Part shown: one piece after another, positions 36,786 to 46,741 of the stretch
How the letters are laid out: each line of letters starts with the position of its first letter
Position numbering within the stretch: position 1 is the first letter of the stretch
Source of the DNA: an uncultured virus (IMG/VR IMGVR_UViG_3300027769_000001)
Taxonomy: Duplodnaviria > Heunggongvirae > Uroviricota > Caudoviricetes
IMG/VR virus record: IMGVR_UViG_3300027769_000001
Strand: one strand, 5' to 3'
DNA length: 64,000 nucleotides
Position numbers and translations under genes: made by a program
Notes under the pieces: model-generated
Told to the model about the DNA's origin: nothing
Databases searched by the model: none
Seen by the model: the letters and a program-made list of their open reading frames with translations, nothing else

Positions 36786-38051
36786 ATGAACCAGCGAATA
36801 GTTGACAACGACCGTTTTGAGGTCTTTTACGTCCGTGGAGATAGCGACTATCCCACTCCAGTCCTAGCCAACGCAGGCACCAGTGGAGACGCTTTCGGTC
36901 GCTTGCGTACTAGCGACCCCTTCACCCTGTTCGACAGCCAGCACAGGTACCAAGAAAACGACAAATGGGATACTGCACTAAACGGCGGGGGTACTAAAAC
37001 TTACCGTATAAACGAAAGCGCAGTAGATCTCACAGTGCCTGTAACGTCAGGCGCTTACGTCTACAGGGAAACTAAAAAAGTATTCACGTATCAGCCAGGC
37101 AAGTCCCTCCTGGTGCTTAGCTCCTTCGTGTTTGCTGCAGCTAAGGCAAACCTAAGACAGCGTGTGGGCTATTTCGGCACACAAAATGGTGTGTATCTTG
37201 AGCAAGATGGCACCACAAAATACTTTGTGATGCGCAGCTACACCACAGGAGGTGTCGTAAATACCCGTATTGCGCAAGCTGACTGGAACGGTGACAAGCT
37301 CGACGGTACCGGCATTTCTGGACACACCGTAGATTTGGCCAAAACACAGATCTTGTGGTTTGACATTGAATGGCTTGGTGTGGGTGACGTGCGCTGTGGT
37401 GTTGTAGTCGACGGCCGCATGGTAGTTGCTCACACATTCCATGGTGACAATGTCAACCCAACCACCTACATGACAACAGCGGTGCTACCGCTGCGTCAGG
37501 AGATTGAAAACACAGCCGCAACCGCGTCAAGCTCCACCGCCAAGCAGATCTGCAACTCCGTTGTATCCGAGGGCGGCTACTCCGGCTTTAGCAGGCGCTA
37601 CAACCTGGCTACAGGGTCGACGGCTCGCACGCTTGCCACAGCAGGCACCATGTACCCGATCATGGCAATTAAGCTAAACAGTTTAAGACTTGATAGCGTT
37701 GTTATTCCCGCTAACATTAGCGCGGCAGTTGAACAAACGACTAACAACAAGTTAGACATCGTTCAGTATCATGTACTAATCAACCCGACGCTAACCGGTG
37801 GTACATGGAACACACACTTTAACGGTAACGTCGACTACAACACATCAATAACAAGTCACAGTGCAGGTACAGAGATTGCAGGAGGCTACTTAACTAGCTC
37901 ATCTTCGCTTACCCTAAACAACATTAACGACTTTAACTTCCAATTAGGCCGCAGCATAGCTGGTGTTTCCGACACTATTTTAATTGCTGTTACTCCGACC
38001 AACGACGGTGCTAAGCTCTTTCTAGACCTAGCTTGGTTTGAACTCGTGTAA
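36786..38051 (+). CDS. Putative virion structural protein
   Basis: DAFGRLRTS.PFTLFDS, YQPGKS, EWLGVG.VRCG motifs of an aquatic-phage beta-rich protein. Confidence 0.65.
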   Translation: MNQRIVDNDRFEVFYVRGDSDYPTPVLANAGTSGDAFGRLRTSDPFTLFDSQHRYQENDKWDTALNGGGTKTYRINESAVDLTVPVTSGAYVYRETKKVFTYQPGKSLLVLSSFVFAAAKANLRQRVGYFGTQNGVYLEQDGTTKYFVMRSYTTGGVVNTRIAQADWNGDKLDGTGISGHTVDLAKTQILWFDIEWLGVGDVRCGVVVDGRMVVAHTFHGDNVNPTTYMTTAVLPLRQEIENTAATASSSTAKQICNSVVSEGGYSGFSRRYNLATGSTARTLATAGTMYPIMAIKLNSLRLDSVVIPANISAAVEQTTNNKLDIVQYHVLINPTLTGGTWNTHFNGNVDYNTSITSHSAGTEIAGGYLTSSSSLTLNNINDFNFQLGRSIAGVSDTILIAVTPTNDGAKLFLDLAWFELV

Positions 38052-38116
38052 TGCCGGGCCCTGTCCGGCAGCGCCGGGTCAGCCTTAAGCTGTAGTCATT
38101 GGCTGGCCTTGGTAGC

Positions 38117-38464
38117 GTGTCACTTCAGCCCGGGTACTACGACATCACCCTGCAGCGCAGGGCTGACTATGTCGTACAGCTCCAGTTTCGCGATAGCGAC
38201 GATGTCCCTATCAACCTGACTGGCTGGGTTGCCTACGCCCAGGTCTGGAGCTGTGATCGCACCACCAAATACGCAAATTTTGCAGTCACATACACCAATC
38301 GTACTACTGGTACTATCACGCTTGCACTTACTAACGCACAAACCTCTGACTTTCCAACCCAACTTTGCTATGACGTAATGCTTCAAGATAATGCCGGAAT
38401 CCGCGAGTATTATCTTGAAGGTGGTATTAAAGTATCTGAGGGTTACACCATTCCAGGAACATGA
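38117..38464 (+). CDS. Fibre adaptor protein (BppU-N-like)
   Basis: PINLTGW...AQ, GTITLALT..QT, YDV, YYLEG. Confidence 0.6.
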   Translation: MSLQPGYYDITLQRRADYVVQLQFRDSDDVPINLTGWVAYAQVWSCDRTTKYANFAVTYTNRTTGTITLALTNAQTSDFPTQLCYDVMLQDNAGIREYYLEGGIKVSEGYTIPGT

Positions 38465-38880
38465 ATACCGTCAGCGTTAATCGCGTTCGTCAAACTGTCG
38501 TCGTCACCGAGAACGGCAACCAAACGGTCGTTGTAGCCGAAGGTGGTCGCGTCAACGTTGTTCTAAATACCCCTGGTCCCCAAGGAGCTCCAGGTCCACA
38601 AGGCAGCGCAGGCCCTCAAGGCGCTACAGGCCCACAAGGAGCTACCGGTCCAGCCGGTATAGGCATTCCAGCGGGTGGTACGACAGACCAGCTCCTTGCA
38701 AAAAAATCCAATACAAATTACGACACACAGTGGCTAACCCCATCATTAAACACGCTATCAGATGTAAATACGACCGCGGCAGTAGATAACAGCGTTTTGT
38801 ACTACGATAGTGCTGCGGCGCTATGGAAAGGTAATGACATAAATACTGTAATTAGTATAACCGATGGTGGTAACTTTTAA
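38461..38880 (+). CDS. Collagen-like fibre protein
   Basis: About ten G-x-y repeats (GPQGAP); GGTTDQLLAKKSNTNYDTQW; ends DGGNF. Confidence 0.8.
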   Translation: MNTVSVNRVRQTVVVTENGNQTVVVAEGGRVNVVLNTPGPQGAPGPQGSAGPQGATGPQGATGPAGIGIPAGGTTDQLLAKKSNTNYDTQWLTPSLNTLSDVNTTAAVDNSVLYYDSAAALWKGNDINTVISITDGGNF

Positions 38881-38924
38881 CCCCCATACCTTTGCCGCTA
38901 CTCTGAACTACATCCCGCGTAGCC

Positions 38925-41297
38925 ATGGCTAACACACTCCGGATCAAGCGCCGCGCCAGTGGAGACGCCGGTGCTCCCACCACCCTCGCTAATGCAGAGC
39001 TTGCCTTTAACGAGGTCGATAATGTCCTTTACTACGGTAAAGGAACTGGCGGTGCCGGAGGAAGTGCCACCAGTGTCGAGGCTATTGCCGGCCCTGGTGC
39101 TTTCGTAAACCTGAGTGGCGCCCAGACAATCTCAGGCAACAAGACATTCAGCGGAACTGTTGCACTTGGCAGTAGCGCCTCGGCCTCCACGCCGGCAACC
39201 TCGGACAACACCACGACGGTTGCCACGACCGCCTATGTGAAAGCACAGGGTTATGGCCCCGGGAGCGTCACCAGTGTCGGCCTCAGCCTGCCGAGCTTCA
39301 TTACTGTCTCGAACTCGCCTGTCACAGGCAGCGGCACCCTGACTGGTGCGCTGGCTAACCAAACAGCAAACACTGTTTTCATCGCACCAAATGGCAGCGC
39401 CGGAACTCCGACGTTCCGCCTGCTGGTAGCCGCAGACATCCCGACACTGACCGCTGCCAAGATCAGTGACTTCGACACCCAGGTCCGCACCAGCCGCCTG
39501 GATCAAATGGCGGCGCCTACGGCTGCTGTCAGTTTCAACAGCCAACGGATTCTGGATATTGCAGCACCGCAACTCCCAGGCGACGCCGTCAACAAGCAGT
39601 ATGCCGACTCAATCGCGCAGAGCCTGAACGTCCACGGTGCTGCGGACTTTGCAACTACTGCTGCTGTTTCATACGCATACGCCTCCGGTGGTACTGCTCT
39701 AACTATCACCACGATTACCGGCACCGACACCATCACGTTCAGTGCCAACCATGGACTGAACATTAACTCCCAAGTTCGTACAGGTGACACGGTAACTGGC
39801 ACAGGCCTGACCGCTAATACCACCTACTATGTAACTGCAGAGCCGGCGCTTAACCAAATTAAGCTGTCAGCTACATATGGTGGTCCCAACGCCACGCTGA
39901 CAAACGGTACTGGGCTCAGCATTGGTGTTACTGGTGATCCTGGTATCGGCGCAACCCTTAGCGGCACTCCGAATAGCCTTGACTCCGGCGCCACGCTAAC
40001 TCTTGACAAGCGAATTCTTGTCAAGGATCACACAACGGCTGCCTACAACGGTGTCTACACCGTAACGACCGTTGGCACAGGCGCAAACGGCGTCTGGACC
40101 AGAGCAACCGACTTCGATAACGGCCCAACAGGCGAAATCACCGCTGGTGACTACGTTTTCGTCGCCGGCGGCAACATAAACGGCAACAACGGCTTCATCC
40201 AGACCGCCTCCCCTCCGCTTCGGATGGGCAAGTCAGGTGCTGGCTACACCGCATTTACTGGAGACGCGCTTTCCTTCACCCAGTTCTCAGGTGCGGGCCA
40301 GATCACCGCTGGCGCCGGCCTTACCAAATCAGGCAACACCCTCGACGTTGCTTCTACCGGAGGCGGTGCGCTGACCATCAGCGCCGACTCGATCAACCTG
40401 ACCAGCGGCATTGCCACCGCTGGCACCTATCGCTCGGTCACGGTTGACACCTATGGCCGAGTTACTGCTGGTACGACTCCGACAACATTTGCGGGCTACG
40501 GCATCAGTGACAGCAGCGCAAACCTGGCCAACGCCATTTCCGACGAGACCGGCAGCGGCTCTCTGGTTTTCGGCACCAGCCCCGCGCTGACGACTCCATC
40601 ACTGTCTGGCGAGACATTCAGCACGGCTGCAACCGTCACCGCCGGTACCAACGCTCAGGGCCAAAGCGCCCTGACCAATGACCACAACATTGTTACGACT
40701 GCCGCCGCCAACCCCAGTGGCGTCACTCTTCCGACTGCCACCGTTGGCCGACGGATTCTGGTCGTCAACCGGGGCGCCAACCCAGTCAACGTTTTTCCGG
40801 CAACCAATGCCGCAATCGACGCCCTGGGCCTGAACGTTGCGATCAGCCTCCCGGTGAACGCGATGCTGCTGTTCTTCGCCTCCTCGGCGACACAGTGGTA
40901 CGCCACCAACCCGCTGTCCGGCACCCTCGGTCTGGCGTACGGCGGCACAGGCGCAACTGACGCACCAGGCGCCCGCACGAGCCTGGGCCTGGTGATCGGC
41001 ACCAACGTGCAGGCTTACGACGCCGAGCTCGCCACGCTCGCAGGAATGGCGTCAGGAACCGCTACTGCGCTGGCGGGAATGACGGCAACAACCGCTACTG
41101 CGCTGGCGGCCCTGACTGCAACCGAAGCCGCAATCATCGACGGCAGCACCGCCGCAACCGCAACCACGCTGGCACAGGCTGACCGCATGGTCATCAACGA
41201 CGCCGGCACGATGGTTCAGGTTGCCCTCAGCGACCTCGTTACCTTCCTCGAGGATGGAGCTACCTCCGGCTTCGACATCGACGGCGGCACGTTCTAA
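38925..41297 (+). CDS. Fibre protein (head or tail)
   Basis: T/G/A-rich; ELAFN, ATTAYVK, DAVNKQYAD, NGVY..WTRATD, VTVDTYGRVT; ends DGGTF. Confidence 0.8.
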   Translation: MANTLRIKRRASGDAGAPTTLANAELAFNEVDNVLYYGKGTGGAGGSATSVEAIAGPGAFVNLSGAQTISGNKTFSGTVALGSSASASTPATSDNTTTVATTAYVKAQGYGPGSVTSVGLSLPSFITVSNSPVTGSGTLTGALANQTANTVFIAPNGSAGTPTFRLLVAADIPTLTAAKISDFDTQVRTSRLDQMAAPTAAVSFNSQRILDIAAPQLPGDAVNKQYADSIAQSLNVHGAADFATTAAVSYAYASGGTALTITTITGTDTITFSANHGLNINSQVRTGDTVTGTGLTANTTYYVTAEPALNQIKLSATYGGPNATLTNGTGLSIGVTGDPGIGATLSGTPNSLDSGATLTLDKRILVKDHTTAAYNGVYTVTTVGTGANGVWTRATDFDNGPTGEITAGDYVFVAGGNINGNNGFIQTASPPLRMGKSGAGYTAFTGDALSFTQFSGAGQITAGAGLTKSGNTLDVASTGGGALTISADSINLTSGIATAGTYRSVTVDTYGRVTAGTTPTTFAGYGISDSSANLANAISDETGSGSLVFGTSPALTTPSLSGETFSTAATVTAGTNAQGQSALTNDHNIVTTAAANPSGVTLPTATVGRRILVVNRGANPVNVFPATNAAIDALGLNVAISLPVNAMLLFFASSATQWYATNPLSGTLGLAYGGTGATDAPGARTSLGLVIGTNVQAYDAELATLAGMASGTATALAGMTATTATALAALTATEAAIIDGSTAATATTLAQADRMVINDAGTMVQVALSDLVTFLEDGATSGFDIDGGTF

Positions 41298-41306
41298 AGT
41301 CAATCC

Positions 41307-41324
41307 GCCCCGTATATACGGGGC
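41307..41324. promoter_or_regulatory. Perfect 18-bp palindrome GCCCCGTATATACGGGGC
   Basis: Intergenic perfect inverted repeat; function unknown. Confidence 0.5.
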
Positions 41325-41359
41325 TCAACCCTGCTATATAGCAATCCACGGGGAGCCAA

Positions 41360-41551
41360 ATGGCAAACACAATCAAGATTCGGCGCAGCGCCACGGCTTC
41401 GGCTGTCCCCACAACAGCGCAGCTCGCCCTGGGGGAGCTGGCGGTCAATACGTATGACGGCAAGCTCTTCCTCAAGAAGAACGTCAGCGGCACCGAGTCG
41501 ATCGTCCAGGTCGGAGCTACCGCTACCACAGTTGACGACGGCGTCTACTAA
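41360..41551 (+). CDS. Mini paralogue of the fibre N-terminal domain (63 aa)
   Basis: MANTIKIRRS...GELAVN..DGKLF resembles the N-terminus of 38925. Confidence 0.7.
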   Translation: MANTIKIRRSATASAVPTTAQLALGELAVNTYDGKLFLKKNVSGTESIVQVGATATTVDDGVY

Positions 41552-41767
41552 TCAAACGTTAGCTAGTAAAATAGACAACGGCATACTATACAGGTCTGCC
41601 AGCGCCATAAGTTTACTCAGCCCAATCTCAACTTCCCCACTTTCGAGCCGCGAGTAAGCCGCTTGGCTAATCCCTAACGTGTTCGCAACAACTGTCTGTG
41701 ATAAACCACTATCTTCGCGCAACCCTCTAATTCTTTTACAAAGGGTCAACTGTCGGTAAACAGCCAT
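41552..41767 (-). CDS. XRE-family HTH regulator
   Basis: IRGLRE..GLSQ..VA..LGISQAAYSRLESG. Confidence 0.9.
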   Translation of the reverse strand: MAVYRQLTLCKRIRGLREDSGLSQTVVANTLGISQAAYSRLESGEVEIGLSKLMALADLYSMPLSILLANV

Positions 41768-41862
41768 TCCGCTATCCGCTGGCCGTTTAAGCCTACCTAC
41801 CAATCACCACAGCCATCAACAACGGCCTGACACAAACCCTAGGCATCAAGTAACATCCACCT

Positions 41863-43146
41863 ATGGACTCATCCGTTCTGCGGTACGACTTTGCGCCGAT
41901 CACCGGCAGCGAAACCACCCCTGAGGGCTACCTAAGGGTCTGGTGTCGCGCTGCCCGTACCGGTACTCAGTTGTACCGCCGCGCTGATGGTTCCCAAGTC
42001 CGGGAATATCGCCCCCCTGAGGAGGTGAGCAACCCGGAATCCCTATCCACGTTCGGCATGAAACCCGCAACGTGGGGGCACCCACCCGTCCTTCTCGACT
42101 CAGCAAACACCAAGCAGTACCAAGTCGGCTACTCCGGTAGCCAGATTCGGTACAACGACGGTTTTGTGGAAGTCGCCCTCGTCGTCACTGACCAGGACGC
42201 CATCGAGAAGATCAAGCGCAAGGACGCCACCGAGGTCTCAGCCGGCTACAAAGTCGACTTTGATCCCACCCCCGGCTTCACCCCCGAGGGCGAGGAATAC
42301 TCCGGCATCCAGCGCAACATCCGGGTGAACCACATCGCCATCGTCCCCCGCGGCCGGGCTGGCCCGGAGGTACGACTCTTGCTTGATCGCATGGATGCAG
42401 CCGATGCTGTAGCCGAACCTTCCGAGCACGAAATGGCGCCCCAGTCCAGTTCAACTGCATCTCCCGTTATGGCAACCGTCAAACTCGACGGCCTGGAGAT
42501 CGATCTGCCCGCAGAAGCAGCCAGCGCGGTCCAGTCCTACTCACGGGACATGGGGCGCCAACTGCAAGCTCTCACCACCGAGCGCGACGAGCTTGCCACC
42601 AAGCTCGACTCTCTGCAGGCCGACTTCGACAACCTGGCCTACGAAAAAGAGGCCGCTGAAGGCCGCGCCGATGCTCTCGAAGAGCAACTGGCCACCTCAG
42701 GTGACGCACGCATCGACACCGCCGAGCTCGACCAACTGGTCGCCGCCCGTCTCTCGACGCTCCAGCGCCTCGCCCCCGCCTTTGCCGAGGACTTCAAGTT
42801 CGACGGCATCGACGACAGCACCCTCTACGTCCAGGCTTTTGAGAACCTGACCGGTTCCGCCCCCCGCGAAGACGCCGAACCCGCCTACATCCAAGGCGTG
42901 GTCGAAGGTGTACTCGCAGCTCGGGCCGATGCCGAGGACGAAGAAGGCGAAGACGCCCCCGAAGGTGAAGAACCCGCGGAAGGCGACGAAACCCACGAGG
43001 ACGCCGCTGACGACCGCACTGACAGCACTGTCGCCTTGCGTGACGCACTGAAAGGTGCCGGCCGCTCTGCTTCCGCTGACCCCGTTACTGCTTATCGCAG
43101 CAAGACGGCCGATGCCTGGAAGCGTCCCCTCACCGCCACCAAGTAA
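41863..43146 (+). CDS. Prohead protease / scaffold (DUF2213)
   Basis: TPEGYL, ARTG.Q.Y, YRPPEEV, EVSAGY, NHIAIV.RGRAG; coiled-coil acidic C-terminus. Confidence 0.88.
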   Translation: MDSSVLRYDFAPITGSETTPEGYLRVWCRAARTGTQLYRRADGSQVREYRPPEEVSNPESLSTFGMKPATWGHPPVLLDSANTKQYQVGYSGSQIRYNDGFVEVALVVTDQDAIEKIKRKDATEVSAGYKVDFDPTPGFTPEGEEYSGIQRNIRVNHIAIVPRGRAGPEVRLLLDRMDAADAVAEPSEHEMAPQSSSTASPVMATVKLDGLEIDLPAEAASAVQSYSRDMGRQLQALTTERDELATKLDSLQADFDNLAYEKEAAEGRADALEEQLATSGDARIDTAELDQLVAARLSTLQRLAPAFAEDFKFDGIDDSTLYVQAFENLTGSAPREDAEPAYIQGVVEGVLAARADAEDEEGEDAPEGEEPAEGDETHEDAADDRTDSTVALRDALKGAGRSASADPVTAYRSKTADAWKRPLTATK

Positions 43147-43158
43147 GGAGTACCTTCC

Positions 43159-43782
43159 ATGGCCGTTTCTTTCACCCCCACCACCGTCAACAACCCTGTC
43201 GGTGCCCAAGGCAGCTACCCCCTGGAGCTGACCGTTGGTCACGAAGGCATGATTGCTGACCTGCAGGCCTACGTGTCCCGCAGCTACTACAACCAGTCCG
43301 ACGTTGCGATCCCCTTCGGCTCGCTGGTCGCCACTGACAACTCGCCCACGAGCAACGACCCCTTCGCTGTCCTGCTGGCTCCCAGCGGCACCGGCGTCGT
43401 CGGTCTTGCTGTCGACAGCTTCACTTTCGAGGGCGTCCCCGGTGCCAACGGCTCCTACACCCCGAACCCCACCAACATCATTGGTGATGGCTCCCTCCGC
43501 GCGGGTTACCCCAACGGACAAGCCATGAACGTCGTCTCCAAAGGCGTCGTCTGGGTGTATAGCACCGCCGCCATCGCCCTCGGTGATGCCGTGCGCTTCT
43601 TCGGTGTCGACCACTCCGCCACGGTCACCGGCGCTTACGTCGGTCGTTTCACCAAAACCGCAGTCGCTAACAAAACGTTTGCCCTGACCGGCGGCGCTCG
43701 TTGGCTGTCTGAAACCAGCGGCGCTGGCCTGGTTCTCCTGGAGATTGACATCCCTGGGGTCACCTTCACCGCCGATACCTGA
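43159..43782 (+). CDS. Head decoration/cement protein
   Basis: Between protease and MCP; IPFG, NVVSKGVVWV; AAGGAG RBS. Confidence 0.75.
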   Translation: MAVSFTPTTVNNPVGAQGSYPLELTVGHEGMIADLQAYVSRSYYNQSDVAIPFGSLVATDNSPTSNDPFAVLLAPSGTGVVGLAVDSFTFEGVPGANGSYTPNPTNIIGDGSLRAGYPNGQAMNVVSKGVVWVYSTAAIALGDAVRFFGVDHSATVTGAYVGRFTKTAVANKTFALTGGARWLSETSGAGLVLLEIDIPGVTFTADT

Positions 43783-43799
43783 TCACGGAGCCATTACCA

Positions 43800-44717
43800 A
43801 TGACCACTGAAATCCGTAACGACCAGGTCGGCGTCTTCCTAGCCCGCGAGCTGGAGACAATCCTCGCCCGCGCCTTCGAGGTCGAATACGCCGACATCAA
43901 GTACAGCACCGTTATCCCCGTCTCCACCGAGGTCGGTACCGGCGCTGACTCCTTCACCTACCGAGTCTTCGACAAGCAAGGCTCTATGAAGGTGATTGGC
44001 GACAAAGCCCAAGACCTGCCCCGCGCTGACGTGCTCCGCAAGGAAGTCACCCACCCGGTTCGCAGCCTCGGTGCTTCGTTCGCCTACACCGTTCAGGAGA
44101 CCCGTGCCGCCTCGATGGTGCCCGGCATGAACCTCGAGCAGCGCCGTGCTAACGCCGTGCGCCGCGCCTACGAGGAGAAAGTGCAGGAAATCGCCTACTT
44201 CGGCGATGCCCCCTCTGGCATGAAGGGCTTCTTCAACAACAACCAGGTGGACAAGCTGGTGCCGGACCACTGGTTCGACACCGTGGACATCACCACCGAC
44301 GAGATGCTGCAACTGCTCAACGAGCCCGCCACGCGGCTCGTGCAGAACAGCAACATGAAGGAGATGCCCAACACCATGTTGGTGCCCTACAACGTGTACC
44401 GCATCATCTCCACCACCCCGCGCAGCAGCACCTCCGACACCACGGTGATGGAGTTCTTCCTGCGCACCAACCCGATGATCACCGCCATCGAGCCCATCAA
44501 CGAGCTCGAGGCTTCCAAGTCCGGCGGCGCCCTGTCTAAGGACCGGATCATCACCTACGACCGCAGCCCCGACAAGCTGCAGCTCCACGTGCCCCAGCCT
44601 CTCGAGTTCCTGCCGCCCCTGCGTCAGGCCCTTGAGTTCTCCGTTGCAGCTCACGCTCGCATCGGTGGCCTTGCGCTCTACTACCCCAAGAGCGCCCTCG
44701 TGCTCGAAAAGGCCTGA
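43800..44717 (+). CDS. Major capsid protein (DUF2184, HK97 fold)
   Basis: FLARELE, DLPRAD, RRA.AVRRAYEE....IAYFGD....GFFN, GGLALYYP. Confidence 0.9.
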   Translation: MTTEIRNDQVGVFLARELETILARAFEVEYADIKYSTVIPVSTEVGTGADSFTYRVFDKQGSMKVIGDKAQDLPRADVLRKEVTHPVRSLGASFAYTVQETRAASMVPGMNLEQRRANAVRRAYEEKVQEIAYFGDAPSGMKGFFNNNQVDKLVPDHWFDTVDITTDEMLQLLNEPATRLVQNSNMKEMPNTMLVPYNVYRIISTTPRSSTSDTTVMEFFLRTNPMITAIEPINELEASKSGGALSKDRIITYDRSPDKLQLHVPQPLEFLPPLRQALEFSVAAHARIGGLALYYPKSALVLEKA

Positions 44718-44769
44718 TTCAGGTCTGCAGCACTGCGCTTGCTCTGTTGGCTCCTTCACTTTTCCGATC

Positions 44770-45180
44770 ATGATCCTCGTTTACCGCCCCGAACTCGAAA
44801 GTCCTCCCATGGACAAAGAGTGCACGATTGGTTTCTCCTTTGTGCAAACCAAGGGGCAGCCCGAAAACATCCAAGTGGAAGCCGGTGTCAACCGTGACTT
44901 CCCCGAGGACGTTTGGGAAAAAATCGAGAACTACGACGTCGTTAAGAATCTGCTCAAACTCGGCGCCTTGCGCGTCGAAACCGAGCAGAACCTTGTCCAG
45001 GACTCGTCCTACGCGGCTGTCGACAGCATCGCCGACATGCCAGTCACCCAGGCCATGCGCCTGGTTGAGGACAGCTTTGACGTCGCCCAGCTTCAACGCT
45101 GGGAGAACGGTGAGCAGCGTATTCGCGTACGCAACGCCATCAGCAAGCGCATTTCCGCGATCACAGAGGGTAATGGCTAA
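44770..45180 (+). CDS. Hypothetical head-associated protein
   Basis: Follows the MCP gene. Confidence 0.6.
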   Translation: MILVYRPELESPPMDKECTIGFSFVQTKGQPENIQVEAGVNRDFPEDVWEKIENYDVVKNLLKLGALRVETEQNLVQDSSYAAVDSIADMPVTQAMRLVEDSFDVAQLQRWENGEQRIRVRNAISKRISAITEGNG

Positions 45181-45488
45181 TGGCTGTCCCCACCTCTAAC
45201 GAGTTTCTAAATCGCTTCCCCGAGTTCGGTGAGCTTTCCCTCCCCGTAGTCGAGCGTGCACTCTTAGAGGCCGGCCGATTCACACCGGCTGTCCAGTGGG
45301 GCACCATCCACACCGAGGCCGTCAGTAACTTGACGGCTCACATCCTCTCTACTCGCATCATGCAGGTAGGCCTACAAGTTGGTAGCCAGTCTGGACAGCC
45401 CTTGGGCACCGGTCTCAACGCCAGCCTGTACGGCCAGGAGTACGAGCGCCTTAAAGGCTCGCTTCCACTCTCTGGGTTTGCTCTGTAA
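45180..45488 (+). CDS. Head-tail adaptor (DUF4054-like)
   Basis: F..RFPEF, LTAHIL, S.YGQEY. Confidence 0.8.
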   Translation: MAVPTSNEFLNRFPEFGELSLPVVERALLEAGRFTPAVQWGTIHTEAVSNLTAHILSTRIMQVGLQVGSQSGQPLGTGLNASLYGQEYERLKGSLPLSGFAL

Positions 45489-45490
45489 CT

Positions 45491-45895
45491 ATGGCTGTCC
45501 CCGCCGCCACGATCGCCAGCTACGCCCCTTGGGGTAACGCCGAGCTCGCGTTCGAGGTTGGGGACACCACGTTCACAGTCGATCCAACTACCGGAAACGC
45601 TGTCCAGAAGCGCAGCGTTGTCGAATACCTAGCCGCTCTCAGCCTCCAAGCTCCTGCTTGGACACCGCAGAGCGGCGTCGACAACACCTTCTACACCTGC
45701 AAGGGGCGCCTCCTTAGCCCGGCCCGCCTAGATCCCCGGATCACCAACGGCAGCCAAGCCGAGGCCGTGATCAACGGCTATCGCGGCCGTTTTGAGCTCG
45801 TATTCGAACTCAACATGGATCGCGCTGCCTACATCGACATCCGTCAGTCCATCCAAGGCACATTCCGCGTCATCGGAGGACCTGACCATGGCTAG
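45491..45895 (+). CDS. Putative head closure/neck protein
   Basis: Gene order. Confidence 0.55.
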   Translation: MAVPAATIASYAPWGNAELAFEVGDTTFTVDPTTGNAVQKRSVVEYLAALSLQAPAWTPQSGVDNTFYTCKGRLLSPARLDPRITNGSQAEAVINGYRGRFELVFELNMDRAAYIDIRQSIQGTFRVIGGPDHG

Positions 45896-46259
45896 GCGCC
45901 CCCTCGACCAACAACTGAAAGCCGCTACCGCGAAAGCGACCCAGCAACTCTCTCGTTGGCTCGATACTCGCTTCACCGCGGAAATTTCCGCCGTGAAGTG
46001 GGAGTACCCCACCCCGCCTCCTGTGCGGGACATCGTCGACACCGGCCGCCTCCGCGCCAGCCAGACACGCACCGTCAATTCCGATGGCAGCGTTACTTTC
46101 ACCTGGCCCGTGGAATACGCCGCCGAAGTCCACGAGGGCGGCGTAGCCATCTCTGGCCAACGCTTCCCCGGTCGTCCCTGGACCAAAGCCCCCCTTAAAG
46201 AGGCCGCAGCCCAGTACAGCCAACTGCTGACCAACGCCCTCCGCGCTGAGCAGCAATGA
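45888..46259 (+). CDS. HK97 gp10-like neck/tail completion protein
   Basis: IVDTGRLRAS, YAAEVHEG, PGRPWT. Confidence 0.75.
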   Translation: MARRPLDQQLKAATAKATQQLSRWLDTRFTAEISAVKWEYPTPPPVRDIVDTGRLRASQTRTVNSDGSVTFTWPVEYAAEVHEGGVAISGQRFPGRPWTKAPLKEAAAQYSQLLTNALRAEQQ

Positions 46260-46729
46260 CGATCTCGACCGCCTGTCCAGCCGTTCTTCACCTGCGAACG
46301 ACCATCGAGCGCCACATCCTCGACCTCTACGAGGCCAACGGAACCACGCTCCGCCCCGAGGCCAATTGGCCCGGCTACTACACGATGCCTGCCGGCGACC
46401 GCATCCCCGCGGTCTACGTCGTTGGTGAATCCCAAGTCCCCTCGGACTGGGTCGTCACCGGCATCGAGTGCACCATCACAGACGTCCCCGAGATCGTCTC
46501 CCCCGGCTCCGTAGGAGCCATTTTGTCCTTCGAGCGCTGGCCTGTTCGTTTCACGAACTTCGGCAACCGCAAGGGCACCCGCATGCCCACTTCCCTGCTG
46601 GACATCAGCAGGCGGTTGGCACGCACATTTCCCCGGGACAGTGCCACCTACATGCCCCGGACTGAGGCCACCTACGAGGCCTTGACGGTCTCCATCTTTG
46701 GTGCCGTTTTGAACCCACCGATCCCCTAA
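46256..46729 (+). CDS. Putative tail terminator
   Basis: Position immediately before the tail tube gene. Confidence 0.55.
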   Translation: MTISTACPAVLHLRTTIERHILDLYEANGTTLRPEANWPGYYTMPAGDRIPAVYVVGESQVPSDWVVTGIECTITDVPEIVSPGSVGAILSFERWPVRFTNFGNRKGTRMPTSLLDISRRLARTFPRDSATYMPRTEATYEALTVSIFGAVLNPPIP

Positions 46730-46741
46730 GGAGTCACCACA

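Noticed and set aside
41058..41110. 33-bp-period duplication (ACCGCTACTGCGCTGGCGG twice)
   Set aside because: Ordinary in-frame repeat within a fibre shaft
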